A stretch of DNA of 64,000 nt, taken from NCBI GenBank assembly GCA_036172245.1, contig JAYWIR010000022.1, forward strand, positions 1,612,001-1,676,000, in the 5' to 3' direction. The notes below the pieces were generated by a model. That model had not been told where the DNA came from. It did not search any database and saw only the letters and a list, made by a program, of their open reading frames with translations. This DNA comes from Raillietiella orientalis (taxonomy: Eukaryota). Below are positions 27,523 through 40,117 of this stretch, piece after piece (within the stretch, counting starts at the first letter, position 1; every line of letters begins with the position of its first letter). The position numbers and the translations under genes are program-made.

Positions 27523-28186
27523 TTATTCAATTCCACATATCCCACCAGCAGCCTGTATTGTATCTCGCAACTTCTCAGCCTCATCTTTTGAAATATCACT
27601 TTTTAGAACAGCTGGCAAACTCTCAATAAATTTCTTGGCCTAAAATCAAAAGCATCATTTTTGATCCCACACATCAGAGAATACAATACACACATTAACC
27701 AAATCCTTCACTATTTATCATGAAAAACAAAGTCTGCAACATACCTGAACAAGATTCATGCCTTCAATATTGTTTTTAACTTCTTTAATCAGAGCAATCT
27801 TTTTTTCTTCATTATATTTCAGTAATCTCACGGTAAAACTTGTCTGAACACTTTGAGGTTGTGCATTTTCGTCCTAAAACAATTTAACACAAAATTCCTG
27901 GATACATTTAAGATTTCTCCAAAATGTTTCGTACCTCTGAAGATTGAGCTGATGCCTGAGATGGACCTGCAACCATCATTGATGCTTCTGGTATTTTAAG
28001 TTTAATTTTCATCAATTCATTCAACTCAATCACTTCATACAATCGTAATTCAGCTATGTTATCAACAATATTGTGTAGCTTTTGAGGATACTGCTTTGGC
28101 TGATTTTCTTCATTAAGTGGTATTTCCAATTTTGAACTTTGAAGATTTTCTAAACATTGACCACATAACCTTGGAAATTGGAGCAT
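27523..28186 (-). CDS. MRPL12: Mitochondrial ribosomal protein bL12m (39S L12); N-terminus uncertain, may extend upstream
   Basis: YPQKLHNIVDNIAELRLYEVIELNELMKIKLKIPE, then VQTSFTVRLLKYNEEKKIALIKEVKNNIEGMNLVQ and AKKFIESLPAVLKSDISKDEAEKLRDTIQAAGGICGIE*; typical L7/L12 C-terminal domain; GT-AG introns. Confidence 0.93.
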
Positions 28187-29124
28187 GGGAAACTGATTAC
28201 ATCTGCTTAGACTGAAATACAGTGAAAATTGTGCAATCTGTAAAATGTACCATTGAAAAGTTCAATTCTGAAAGTATAAAAAGATTAATGCCATGCCTTT
28301 AAATGATAGAAGCAGCATTTCATTGATGTTAAAAATACTAGATATGCAATGCACTACGATTGAAATGAACTTGTTTCTCTACTTACGTATATATTCTTTG
28401 AGAGTTTTGTCCAAACAACACATTCTTCAGTAGATGCATGGCTAAAGTACATTACCTAAATGCAGTCTTTCATTCCAGATGTATACAAATTCCTCTTGAT
28501 ATTGACAAGCAGCCCCAGCATGACAATTATTGGTTAAAGAGGAACATATTTTGCATATGTATTAAATCTAGGCTGAAAAACGAATACATTCAATTTTGTT
28601 AACACATTTTTGGAAATTACATAAGGAATTCCAACTCAGATTGACTTTCAGGGGCTAAGCCACACCCTTATGTTTGAACAATTTATGAAAACTGTTAAAG
28701 TGGTCAGGTATCATTTATTGAAACTTTTTTGCAATTAAAAAAATATGCGAATCCTTTAGGCATCCCGAACTTTTTGAAAACACACAAACCGATACAAAGA
28801 TTTCGTGCCACACACTTTATTTATTTACTAGAACAGAGAAAGGGATGAAAGCTACCACACATGAATAATTACAAATATGTCAGCAAATCATTCTACATTT
28901 AAAGTCGTACTTGAGACAGACATGAGCATATCTAAACGTTTGCTGCAGTCATACGCTACTAGAAAAATTCAATTCTTAAACAGCTTTCAATTGGATGCGC
29001 ATATGTTCTCTGCAAGCTTTTGAAAACTCAAGTTTCGTTACAAAGGCAATAAAAATGATTTCAAATGCTTCATTTTCGGTGCTCCGAAACATATTTTGCT
29101 GTTCAAATTCCTAGTAAAGTATAC

Positions 29125-29305
29125 CTGCGAGTTGGGTTTATTACAATCATAGACAGAAAGGCAAAAAAAAATAGATTCTAATTCTTGTGCCTAACGCTTT
29201 AATTTACTCCCCGTCTCCTTAGAAAACACATTTAACTATTATGGCGAGGTATACCAGCGGATGTTCTCATGGATACCCTCCCTTATCGATATTTTTCGCA
29301 GTGAA
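29125..29305. promoter_or_regulatory. Putative shared bidirectional promoter / first non-coding exons of MRPL12(-) and MRPL53(+)
   Basis: A locally CpG-containing segment between the divergent genes, bounded by a minus-strand donor CAG|GTATAC (29125/29124) and a plus-strand donor GAA|GTAAGC (29305/29306). Inference only. Confidence 0.35.
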
Positions 29306-31017
29306 GTAAGCAACCTTAATTACTTGGCAGCCGAAAGATTGGCGTGGTTCTCTTCACTGCGATCAATCAGTTGCAGGGCATAAAATGCTGGCTACTTTTC
29401 CTTTTGGGAGGAATATGTCCAGTTGATTCTATTTAATTGCTTGAATGTCTCATTTTCCTTAAGTATTTTTGAAGTTCTACCTTCAATTTTGATGTTTCGA
29501 TCAGATACTCATTTAGCATTTTATCGACGAAGTTGAATTTAGTTGTCTCAAAAAGTTCTTTTGTAATTCGGAATTAACTTCTAGGTGCTTCACAATAATT
29601 CATCAATATTTCATTTAACATAAAATACACCCTTCGTGTATTTCTTTGTCAAATTTTTTTCCTGAAATTGTCGTCCAACGCTTCATTAAGCTGCTTCGAT
29701 ACACATGATATCAAAATAATTTAGACGAATCCTTTTTCAATCAATTTTATTGAGCTTATTGTATCTTTCCAATTCATATTTCAAAAGTGAAATATGACAT
29801 CTCGATTGCAGGAGACTGAAGCCTTAAAAAAACTTAATGAAATCTTGGAGAGTTTTAAATAAAAAGCAGCATGATCTCAAATAGATTTCGTACTTGTGAA
29901 AAGACGGATCTGTCATACGCATCTGATCATCCTCCATAAACTTTTTATTTGAAGAAGTAAGAGAAAAAAAAACTGGAAATCAATACATATTGTTCTGAAC
30001 AAACAGCACAACACCATTCATAGTGCATTTTTCAATAAACTATTCTTAATTATTGTGTGGATTAGAAGGCTAAGCTCACAACAAGTCAGCATTGCTTCAG
30101 CTATGAGTTTGTAATATCCTAATTTTCAATTTCCAATCTTCCTAATATTCCATTCTTGAATCTTCACGTCTCTGAAATGAAGAAAATATGATAATCTTAA
30201 TGTGTCATCTAAAAATGCTTAATAAGATCATATTAATAGTCTTATGAGTTGATTTACTATATAAGAACACATTTGAATGAAAATCAAAATCCATTAGATA
30301 CTGATATTGCAAAAATCTAAACTTTCAAGAAGTGTTTCTAAACTGTTTCTGAGCTACAGAAATGACAGCATATTCAAAGCAAACTAGTTTATACATACCA
30401 AACTAGTTTCGTTTACATGGTAAATCCAACTAACCTTCCATGGCACGGTAACCTAATAAATTGCATGTACAACTCCATTCACAACATATAATTGTCATGG
30501 AGTATAAAAAATTAAACAAAAATAAGTGCAACTTTATTTAAGTTATGATGTGTAAGTAAAACAGTCATTTACTATAATGTTTTCAACGATTTTTTTTTCG
30601 AAACTCATGGCCAACTGATTTAAATTTGATTTTTACTGTTTAAGAGGTTAAGCTTCCACATTGATAAAAATGCATTAGACAGTAATATGATGAGCAAAAC
30701 CATAAAAGAACCTTTTCAAACTGAGTATCCCTTGAATTCTGTATGTTTTGAGTCAAGATAAAAATGCTGCATTTACAAAATAACCATGGCACAATTTCTG
30801 TTTGAGTCTAGTGACCCTGCCCTTAAGTTGGACTGAATTGCAAGGTGCAGTCGAGGTGTTTCGACTTTCTGCTTGTGATATTGGCGATGTGTTGCTGTGT
30901 TGTACTGGGAACTTTCTTACTTATTTTGAGTGCGTGTTTTTGTAATAATTAATTAACAGAGGTGGTAATTCTAGGATCGTGTTCCGTATTTTAATATTGC
31001 CAGTATTTAACGAAGTT

Positions 31018-31592
31018 ATGCCCACAAAATTTCCACTCCCGGCATTATTCAAACATGGATGTGGAAAAAAGTCATCAGGAGAAATAGATGCTATATGGAA
31101 ACAGTTGAGAATTTTAGATTTGAAACCAGTTAAGAGTGTAATTGCACATTTTGATACGTTTCATCCACGAGTGAAGTCCATTCGGTAAATTAATGATTGA
31201 AAATAATCTTTCATATTTAAGATGCGAATTTTCTCTTACGTGTTAGTAATTAATGATAATTGATTACCTTATTATCATAGAGACGTCTTATTTTTCACAT
31301 CCATAAAAAAAGTTAGAGATAAAAATACGAAATGCATTTTTAAAACCACAGTCTTGGCAAATCAAACAGATCCATGTTTGGTGGTAACTCTTGGTGAGAG
31401 ACATTTTCATAATTTTGTATAGTTAATGTAATTCTAGAGTCAGGAAGCAAGATCAATTTTAAAACTGAAAATTTGTCAGCCCTAGAAATTTTACAAGAAC
31501 TTAATAAAATTGTAAAACCAATAGCTGAACAGATGCATGCAGAAGCTAATGAGAATGTTAATCCAAGAAAGTCTGCCAAAGCCAGAAATTAG
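31018..31592 (+). CDS. MRPL53: Mitochondrial ribosomal protein mL53 (39S L53), 3 exons
   Basis: Spliced: MPTKFPLP...IDAIWKQLRILDLKPVKSVIAHFDTFHPRVKSIRDVLFFTSIKKVRDKNTKCIFKTTVLANQTDPCLVVTLESGSKINFKTENLSALEILQELNK...ARN*. Matches the insect-type mL53 pattern (LKPVK..FDPF...NxxC..K......P....FK..NL..LEIL). Confidence 0.85.
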
Positions 31593-31835
31593 AAAATATG
31601 AAAGATAACACCCCCACTTCCTTAACTCTTATACATAAAATTTATAATCAGGTGCCTGCATTTATTGATATTTTTGATGAAGAAACTTGGTACATTTTTG
31701 TTATTTCCCTTGTGCTGGTGACCATGTTAATAGCTATGGTGCTTTCACGCTTTATTACCATTCAGGCAGTAGACTAGGATGTTCTTAATTAAGTCAATTC
31801 TTCACTTTTAAGACTAAACTATTGAGTGCTAAAGT

Positions 31836-34800
31836 TCACATAATAGAAGGCCTCTGAGATTGCACAGCTGAGTAATAGAAAGTTGCAGGATGGTGATGCA
31901 GCATTGCTGGACTAGTCCCAATTTGGTTTCTATATGATTGTTAATAAAAAAAATTTTTCATACCAACTTACTGTGGCTGATATACTTGACTGGGATGAGG
32001 TGCAAGTGGTGGTATGGCACTCTGCATTGGCATTCTTTCTGATGCTGAAACTGGAAATGCTGCTACTGCATTAGGATATCCATATGTTTCAGTCCATCCT
32101 GGATTCATAACCACCATACCATTTGGAAGACTATTGTATATTTGGTTCTGCAAATGGCCCTTAAGTCAATCAGCTGTGTAGCTCAATTTACCTGTCCTGC
32201 TACTGCTGGATGTGTAACAGGATAGTGTGTTTCAGATCCATAGTTGTATACAGGCATTGATGTGGAAGCTGCTTCTCGCATTAAATTATGATATAAATTC
32301 AATGCTTCTTGCAATTCTGTATTAAGCTGACTGAGCTGTACATGTTTGCGGTCAATTTGTTCAAGCTGATGATCAATCAATGGCCCCATTGCGTGGACTT
32401 CTTCCTCTAAAGAAGCAAGCTGAAGTGGGTCTTCTCTTTCACCTGTTGGATCAGCTTCATGTAAAAGATGAAGCAGCTGATTCATTTTGTTCTCATTGAT
32501 TTCAACAACTTTTTGTTTTTCTGCCAACTGAGCAGTGTCACTGAATTGAACAATTTTCTTTTGGTTTGGAATTTGAACTGTTATATGCTGACTGTTAATT
32601 TCCTTCAAAAATGAGCGCATATTACCCTCCGAATGCACAGATTGTGGAAGATCTGCAGTGACAAAATTGGCTGGAAATAAACCTTCACCTCGTTGATTGG
32701 ATCCCTTCCACCAATTTGCATCAGAGTCATCCAAAACATGAACTTCAGGCACCAGTAAGTATTGGGAAGGAAAATATTTATAAATACCAATTTCTCCAGC
32801 AAAAAATGTCAGCTCGTTATCTTCTGCAGCTTCAAAATCATACAATGCACGAACCTTTTTCAGCTCTTGTTTCACTGGACTCTCAACAGAAGGATATAAA
32901 CTCTGATTTGGTTTTCCACTACAACTTTCTGATTCTTGAAGTGACAGCTGGATGGCTAAAATGGTATTGTGTTCCTAAGCTTCACCATAATAAAAAGAAT
33001 TCATTCGAAGTCCAAAAATTCGAAACCCTTGATTTTCCAACAAAAATTCATCCTCAACTTTTATTGTAGTTAATACGTATCAGCGATATAAACACTGGAT
33101 CAGAGATTTAGCAAAAATGTTCAGAAAAATAAGATACAAAGAAGTCATTCGAAATGTACAGTTCTAAATCAATTTAATCACAACTTTCTCTATTATTAAA
33201 AGTTCATTGATGTTCAAATCAAGATTCAATAAAAAAAAAAAAAAAACGCACTGTGCTAAGAAAGAGTGAACATTCATAGTGACACTAATTTTTCCAACAC
33301 AAGTAACTTCAATTACCAAAGAGAAATTATCATTTTGTCAGCAATAATTCGATAGTATCTATTGCAAATATTTTTGACGAATTGAAATTGTACCGTATTT
33401 GAAAGACTTTATTATCTATTTAAAGGGACCCACTCACAACAGCATCTGGTATGACTCTTTTTGATTATGACAATTGTTTTGTTTCACAAATCAGATCAAA
33501 GGAGTATAAGAAAATAAACAAAAAAATTCAACATTCTTATTTAAAAATTCTTCCAATTTGGAGATACAGCGATACTTATAAATGAGTAACATGAAGATTT
33601 TGAATTCTGAAATGATTACTTGCATAAATAAGTGCAACAGCTCAAATTTGTATTAGAATCAAGCAATCACACTTCACAAAGAAACAGAAACCCAAAATTA
33701 TTCAAGAAAATGAAGGAAAAATTTGTTACTTGTTTCTGGACATCCTTTTTTTTGGAAAAAAAAAACACTAAAGGAACATTGCACAACAAACACATAACAG
33801 AAACCTTTCTAAAAGTCTTACCTTTGGCTAAATCCTCTTCTTCTTTAACTGCAGAGTGGTTATCATTAATGTTCTAGAATTTTCAGCTTGAAAACCCTTC
33901 CAAACAAAATGCAAACTCACAATTTCTTTTGGTGTATTAAGGATGACACCTTCTTTTTCCAATTTGAGACAGAGGGATGGAATGAGGTTCAATTGAGGAT
34001 CATTCTTAAATTCATTTTTGGCCCACTTTTTCAGCAAATCTTTCATTTTCTCTGCTACTTTAGGATGACTTTTATTGATAATTTTTCGAATGCACTGTTC
34101 CATTTCTCTTGAAGCTACTTCAAGATGAAATGCTTTACCACAATTACTAACACAAGCATCTAACACCTAACACAATTAATTTTTCATACAATCATGAATG
34201 CAGAGAATCCTACTGTCAGGGCCTGCATAGAAACATTTGGAATTTGATGGTTAACTCTGTTCATAATGGATTTTAATCCTTCTTTTGGCCCATTAGCACT
34301 TGTAGCAATCTTATCACAGACATCCATAATTTGGGACCAATTTTCTGTTGTATTTTTCTCATCAGTTGCACGCTCTGCAAAATACCCGAATACTAGTACT
34401 ACTACTACTACTACTACTACTATTAATAATAATAATGATAAGTGAATTCAAAAACAAGCACAAACATAAGCAAAGTAGTTAACATAAACTACAACAAATA
34501 CATGACAATTTCTGAACATTATGAATCTTTCCAAAAGGGCATGTGCATGAGGCCAAATAGAAACAGGTTTATTTTAAAATTATAAAAAGATTCTGTAATT
34601 TTATTTCACAAGAAAGTCAATTTTTGTTCCTCTGTTTTAGAGCATTTAACATGCAGTTGTTTCTAAAATCAGAACTTGTTTTTTTCAAAATTAGGCAAAA
34701 CTCTGCCTGAAAATTAGTTTCCTTAACAAATATAACCTCTGAAGTCATTAAACTGATATTTCTCCTCTGTGATATTCATTCATTCTTACTGGTGGGCATT

Positions 34801-35390
34801 ATGAAAAATTACAAAGCTAGATTGTATTTACAACAACGATATATGGTTCGCAAAAATGATAAAATAAGATTAAGCAAGTAAGTTACAAAAAAAACAAAAG
34901 CTATGATAAAAGGGAAAACTTTGCCATGTTGAACAACATAAGACCCACTGATTACTTAATTTTCAAATCCAGTAAATAAAACTATCTTTAACCAGCCATT
35001 AATTATTTAATACATAAGGTTATCGTTAATGTCCATTTATAATATGCTTCCAAATCTACTTTTAAAAACATTTTGTCATACACTTTAAAACTAATTGTAA
35101 CAATTGACCATTCCAAATAACATTTGGTGAAAAACAAAATTACATCACATGCGAACTGAAGATTGTTTTACATTCAGGTAAGTCATTTAATTGAGGAAAA
35201 ACTATTACACCATGTATTTGGTTTCACTGTGTTTATTCCATCTAACATTGTCAACAAAGCAGACGTTCCCATAACATTCAGAAAAAAGAACAGTGCAGTA
35301 AACAGCTTCATAACATGATTTCATGACATGCAGTAATTAAAACTTACCGATCCTCATATCAAGGGGAGAAGAAGCTCCAAATATACCCAT
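31836..35390 (-). CDS. STAM: Signal transducing adapter molecule (ESCRT-0): VHS-UIM-SH3-GAT/coiled coil
   Basis: Exon 1 35390-35348 [35 protein letters not shown]...[40 protein letters not shown]3 [56 protein letters not shown]-rich tail ending at TGA 31836-31838. Confidence 0.96.
34397..34436. repeat. Compound microsatellite (TAC)8 followed by (TAA)4, in STAM intron 1 near the acceptor
   Basis: Read directly from the sequence. Confidence 0.9.
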
Positions 35391-37845
35391 TTTTGATTCC
35401 AATCAGCTACTAATGATACTGCAAATTGAAGGCAAACACCTTCAAAAATAATCATGGGGACACATGATTTGAAGGAACAATTCTTGGATGGAAAACAAAA
35501 ATCGTGATCCCTGGAAAAATTGCTGCATGTCGCATAAACATACACCGCTCTATATTAATTGATCCGTTAGATTACACACACAAAACTTTAAAAGGAACGT
35601 GGTTTACATTATTCAATGGAGCTTTCGTTTTTCTCCCTTACTGTTTAAAATTATTTTTTTTCACGTATCACTGCAAATAAAGGCGCATCGATAATTTCAA
35701 GTATATGCCGAAGATGTAACAAACATTCTCTCCGCAGTAGATAAATTTGGAAACTATTATTCTATTTCCATTACATAAAATTTCTGCCAACACTTAAGAA
35801 ATTACTGCAATGCAACACAGATTGTGTTACATACAAGTATAAACTTCTGTTCGCGAAAACAGTTTGTTTTCACAGAATGTCAACACAGAACTTTCTGAAG
35901 GATTTTTTGAGCACCGTTTTTTTAACTAGTAATTATAAAGTGAACCCGTAACTTCCAAAATGGATCTACTGGCCGATGGCTATTATAACATGCAATCAAG
36001 TGTTTTCTGTTCAAAGAAGTATGAGGAAAAATAATTTCAAGTCCCTTATGCGTACTTCTATTTTAACATTGAAACAGGTTTTCCATACATTACTTTAATT
36101 TTTCCCTAGTTTCGCTGTTCCTAACCATAGGTTTTAGGTCTAAATGAACATGTCCACTAATTCAGATCTACAAAACGAGAATTCATGGTGACAGATATCT
36201 CTTAGATTAAGAAGTGTTATTTCAATGAAGCAGTTTCACTTTTACACACAGATTAAAAAAAAAATCGAAAACCCTATTCCAGTTTTAGAACAATCAAACT
36301 GCAAGGGTGCATGAATACAGAAAAGAGAGAAATAAATAAAGAACAAAACAAAACGTACACACAATGAAGAAATAAATCGTGCCCTTAAAACTTTATATCT
36401 GTTTACCTGAGATTCCCGTTACAAGAATAACTGACTAAACAAAGTTATTAGTTGAAGAAATTTTAAAAAATGTGGTAAATGCATCTCTTAAATTGCAATT
36501 CACTACTAAAAGCACAATCAAACTTCAGAACAGAAAAGTCTTTTAGACGGTAGTTGTTTTAAAAAATGTAATCATTCCGGGAACACGAAGACATTTAAAC
36601 AAAATAGATGTAATTATTTTCACATCAAATCAATGATTTTGAAATGAAAAGCACTTACACAATAATTTAGAAGGCAGAGCCAACTTACAACCATAAATAG
36701 TTTCAAAAATAAACTATATGTTATCCATATTTTGCATCACAGTTAAGTTTGAGGTAAGTGATCAAAACCGATTTATTTACTTTTACATGTTTAAGTTGGA
36801 GTGGATTTATATTATCATTGTATAGTGACATGTATTGCTAACGTAATGTGGCTAACATTTCTTCAGGTAGTCTTTGGAGAGAATTCAGTAAAGAAATTAC
36901 TGCCATTTCTTTCATGATTTTCGTATTCCTTTTGAATTAGTCATCCCTTTTCGATTTTGATAAATATCTCGTTTCTTAAAGATTCACTCAAGAAAAGTCC
37001 GGAATGGAAGTTTCAAGGTTTTAAAACTTTTTTTCTCTCATGGCAGTCTGTAAATAAAAGTTGAATCAAAAACACCTTGATTAAAAATTCATTTTTTTAT
37101 TATTTATCAAAGAAAACTCAGAATATAATTAAAACAAGTATACTTAGTCCTCGGAATTATGTTTTCTAAGGAATTTGAAGCATAAGTAGTCAAATGGCAA
37201 TAAGGTGCTTTATTTGTGTAATTTATTTGCTGTTTATAGTTTGAAATGGTTCTGTTGAGTCAGGCTGTAAAATTAAAAATATCTTATGTTTTTTGTATTT
37301 TATAAGAATTGTTTATGATCAAACTTGATGATTATACATAATACAAAGCTGTTAACCAACTTAAGTTGTAAGAGACTACTTAGCATGCCAAACATTGTGA
37401 AAGAATGTAGTAAGCATGCATAGAGAGAATATGGGCGTCGAACAGGGGAATAGTAGGAGTGTAACATTTCTTATGTGACTTATGATTTGTGATTTGAAAA
37501 ATGTGAATTCATAAAAGCATCGTCAAAAAGTTATTTGCTGAAGTAATATCATTAGTAATTTTACACATGATATCCAGGTTTTCCCCATTCTACAAAATTA
37601 TTTCCGTAAAACTAGAGTCGAAGTATAGTTTGTGAAATAATTGAAGTAACCAACGAGTTCGTGCCTAGGATTTTGAATGATTTTGAATTGAATGGACGCT
37701 TTCATATTTTATTGAGAAAAAGAATGCTGTTAGCTTATGAAAAAGTTCATTTTAGTATTGTTTTAAATATCGTTTTTTCAAATGCATTACTCAAAAATCT
37801 AACGGTTCAGGCATTTCGTATTTAAATGTTTATTTTCTATAGGAA

Positions 37846-40102
37846 ATGGATAATTACAGTAAGATTGAGAAACTTCAAAATTTGATGCACCCCAAAACGG
37901 TGGAACTTAAAAAAGTTAAAAAACCCGGAATAGTGTACCTTTCTGCTCCACCATTCAAAATGAATGTGAAATTAATACGGGAATATTTTTCCAGGTTTGG
38001 AAAAATTGGAAGAATCTTTCTTCAGCCTGAGAAAACTGCAGGTAGACAGTTATAATATTTGTCGTTTGGAAGTACGGTTTTATTATTTAAATCAATTATG
38101 ATAAGTTATATGGTAGTTATTTATGGATTTAATTTAATCTTAAGCATTTAATCTTGTTTGCTTATAGAGCATCTTATGGTTTCGTTAACTGTAGAGATTT
38201 CTGGTGTATGTTCTGTGGATTTTCAGCAGGTTTTTATGGATTTTGTGGAGGTTAGGTAGGAATAAGTTCTGTGGTAGCAAACTTTAACTGTACCTGTGCA
38301 CATTCTTTTGGGATGGTAGTATTTTTTGTTTGGTTGCATGGAGGCTACGAATATTTATTCAGCTGTTGAACATTATGTTTGTTTGGAATAAATAATTCTG
38401 GCAAGAAAGTTGTAGGTGATGCTTTCAAGCAGCTCGGAAAGTTTTTTTTTAGTAAGAATTTGTTTTTCAACTTATAGTATTACAGGCTTCTTTCATCATT
38501 GAAGAAATGTTTTCGTTGGCAAAGTAAAAGTTATCCATTTGCTCATTCCATTTCCATTTTGACAACTAGGGAGTAGGGAGCTATGCTTGCAAGCTTCAAG
38601 TTAATCATTTTGTGCTTTTATTAAAAATTCCAAGAGTAGTATTCCTGCTTTTTTTTTTTGGTTACAAATAGAGAAATGTGTAGTAAATTTGATTTTACTT
38701 AGAACATGTTTTTTTGCCTCATTTAAATGTACATGATATTAGAATTATGTTTGTTATATTTGCATTTTTTTTCAAGCACTCTTAAAGATTTGAAGGAACA
38801 AGTGAGTTTTTTAAAGTAATGATTTGTTATTCTGCTCCCAAATTGTGTTTGTTAGAGTTAGTAGGCCATACTTTTGATTCCATCTTTTGCATGTAATTCT
38901 TTGCCTTCTGTGCATATCTTATGTATCATTATTTCAGTATACTGAGTTTTTCACCAATGTGTATACATAGCAACACATTGTGACTTGAGTTTTCAGTTAT
39001 TGTTTTCTGGAGATATGGCTGTGCTGCTTGTTCCATGTTTGATTTTCTGTGATCATCGTCTGTAATGATGTGCATTCACTTTGATTTTTTTCCAATGCAT
39101 TTGTGTTTTTATCAGTCATTTATAGAACATTGTTTTGATAATTTTATTTCTCCCAAGTGTTTGCATATGTACAAAATCACAGACTGTTACAGATTTATAT
39201 TTCCATGTTGGGAGTATGGCATGCAATTCATTTAAAAAACTTGGAAAAAAGTATTTTTGCAAGTACATCGTACCTTATAATTATAAGCAAATTACTGATT
39301 CAAAGTTCAAAGTAAGTTATAAAAAAAAAAAGGTGCTTTGTTTTGAAAATCTAGATATATAGAAATGTGACAGCATTTTGAAAACATTCTTGATTTATTC
39401 GAAGTTTTCAATTGTATTTTATGTATTTTCGGATTTATCAACTGTCACGTTAAACTCATTTGTAAGCATGGTCAGTTGAGTAATCTGACTTTGAAAGTTT
39501 GTTTTTAAGTAGGCCAATCAAAAATTGCTTTTTTTAGTTAATCAATTTGTTATGTAGCTGTTGTTTATTCTTTTAGGAAAGGTTTCAAAAAAATTCTGTA
39601 ATAAATTTTCTGAAGGATGGGTTGAGTTTGAGAAAAAAAGTGTAGCAAAACAGGTAGCTTTAAATTTAACAAATCAGCCTGTAGGAGGGAAAAAAGGCAC
39701 ACCTTACCATGATGCTTTGTGGAACATAAAATATTTGCCTGGGTAAGGAATTTTTATTACAGTCTTCTTATTTGAAACAGTTTTAAGTGGGCTCATTTGA
39801 GTGAGCAGCTGGCCTATGAGAAAGCTACACAGGAACAACGGTTACGTGCTGAAATTGCTCAGGCTAAATCCAAAACCAATCATTATGTACAGAATGTCTC
39901 CAAAAGCATGCGCTCCCAGCAGGATGGTAGCAAAAAACCTATACAAGTGTTCCAGCAATCACAGCCATTTAATTCAAGTACACAGCAGACATCTTCCAGA
40001 GATGAACTTCTTCTTAGTGTGTTTGGCAAAACAGAGGCATCATCGTCATCAGAAGTTCCAGCACAGGAAGTATCAAAGCAAAATGCAATAGATATGAAGT
40101 AA
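37846..40102 (+). CDS. ABT1: Activator of basal transcription 1 / pre-rRNA processing factor ESF2 (RRM), 3 exons
   Basis: Exons 37846-38041, 39577-39742, 39781-40102 give PGIVYLSAPPFKM...FGKIGRIFLQPE...FSEGWVEFEKKSVAKQVALNLTNQPVGGKKG...[23 protein letters not shown]...QRLRAEIAQAK. Confidence 0.95.
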
Positions 40103-40117
40103 CCAGTATGCCTAGAA

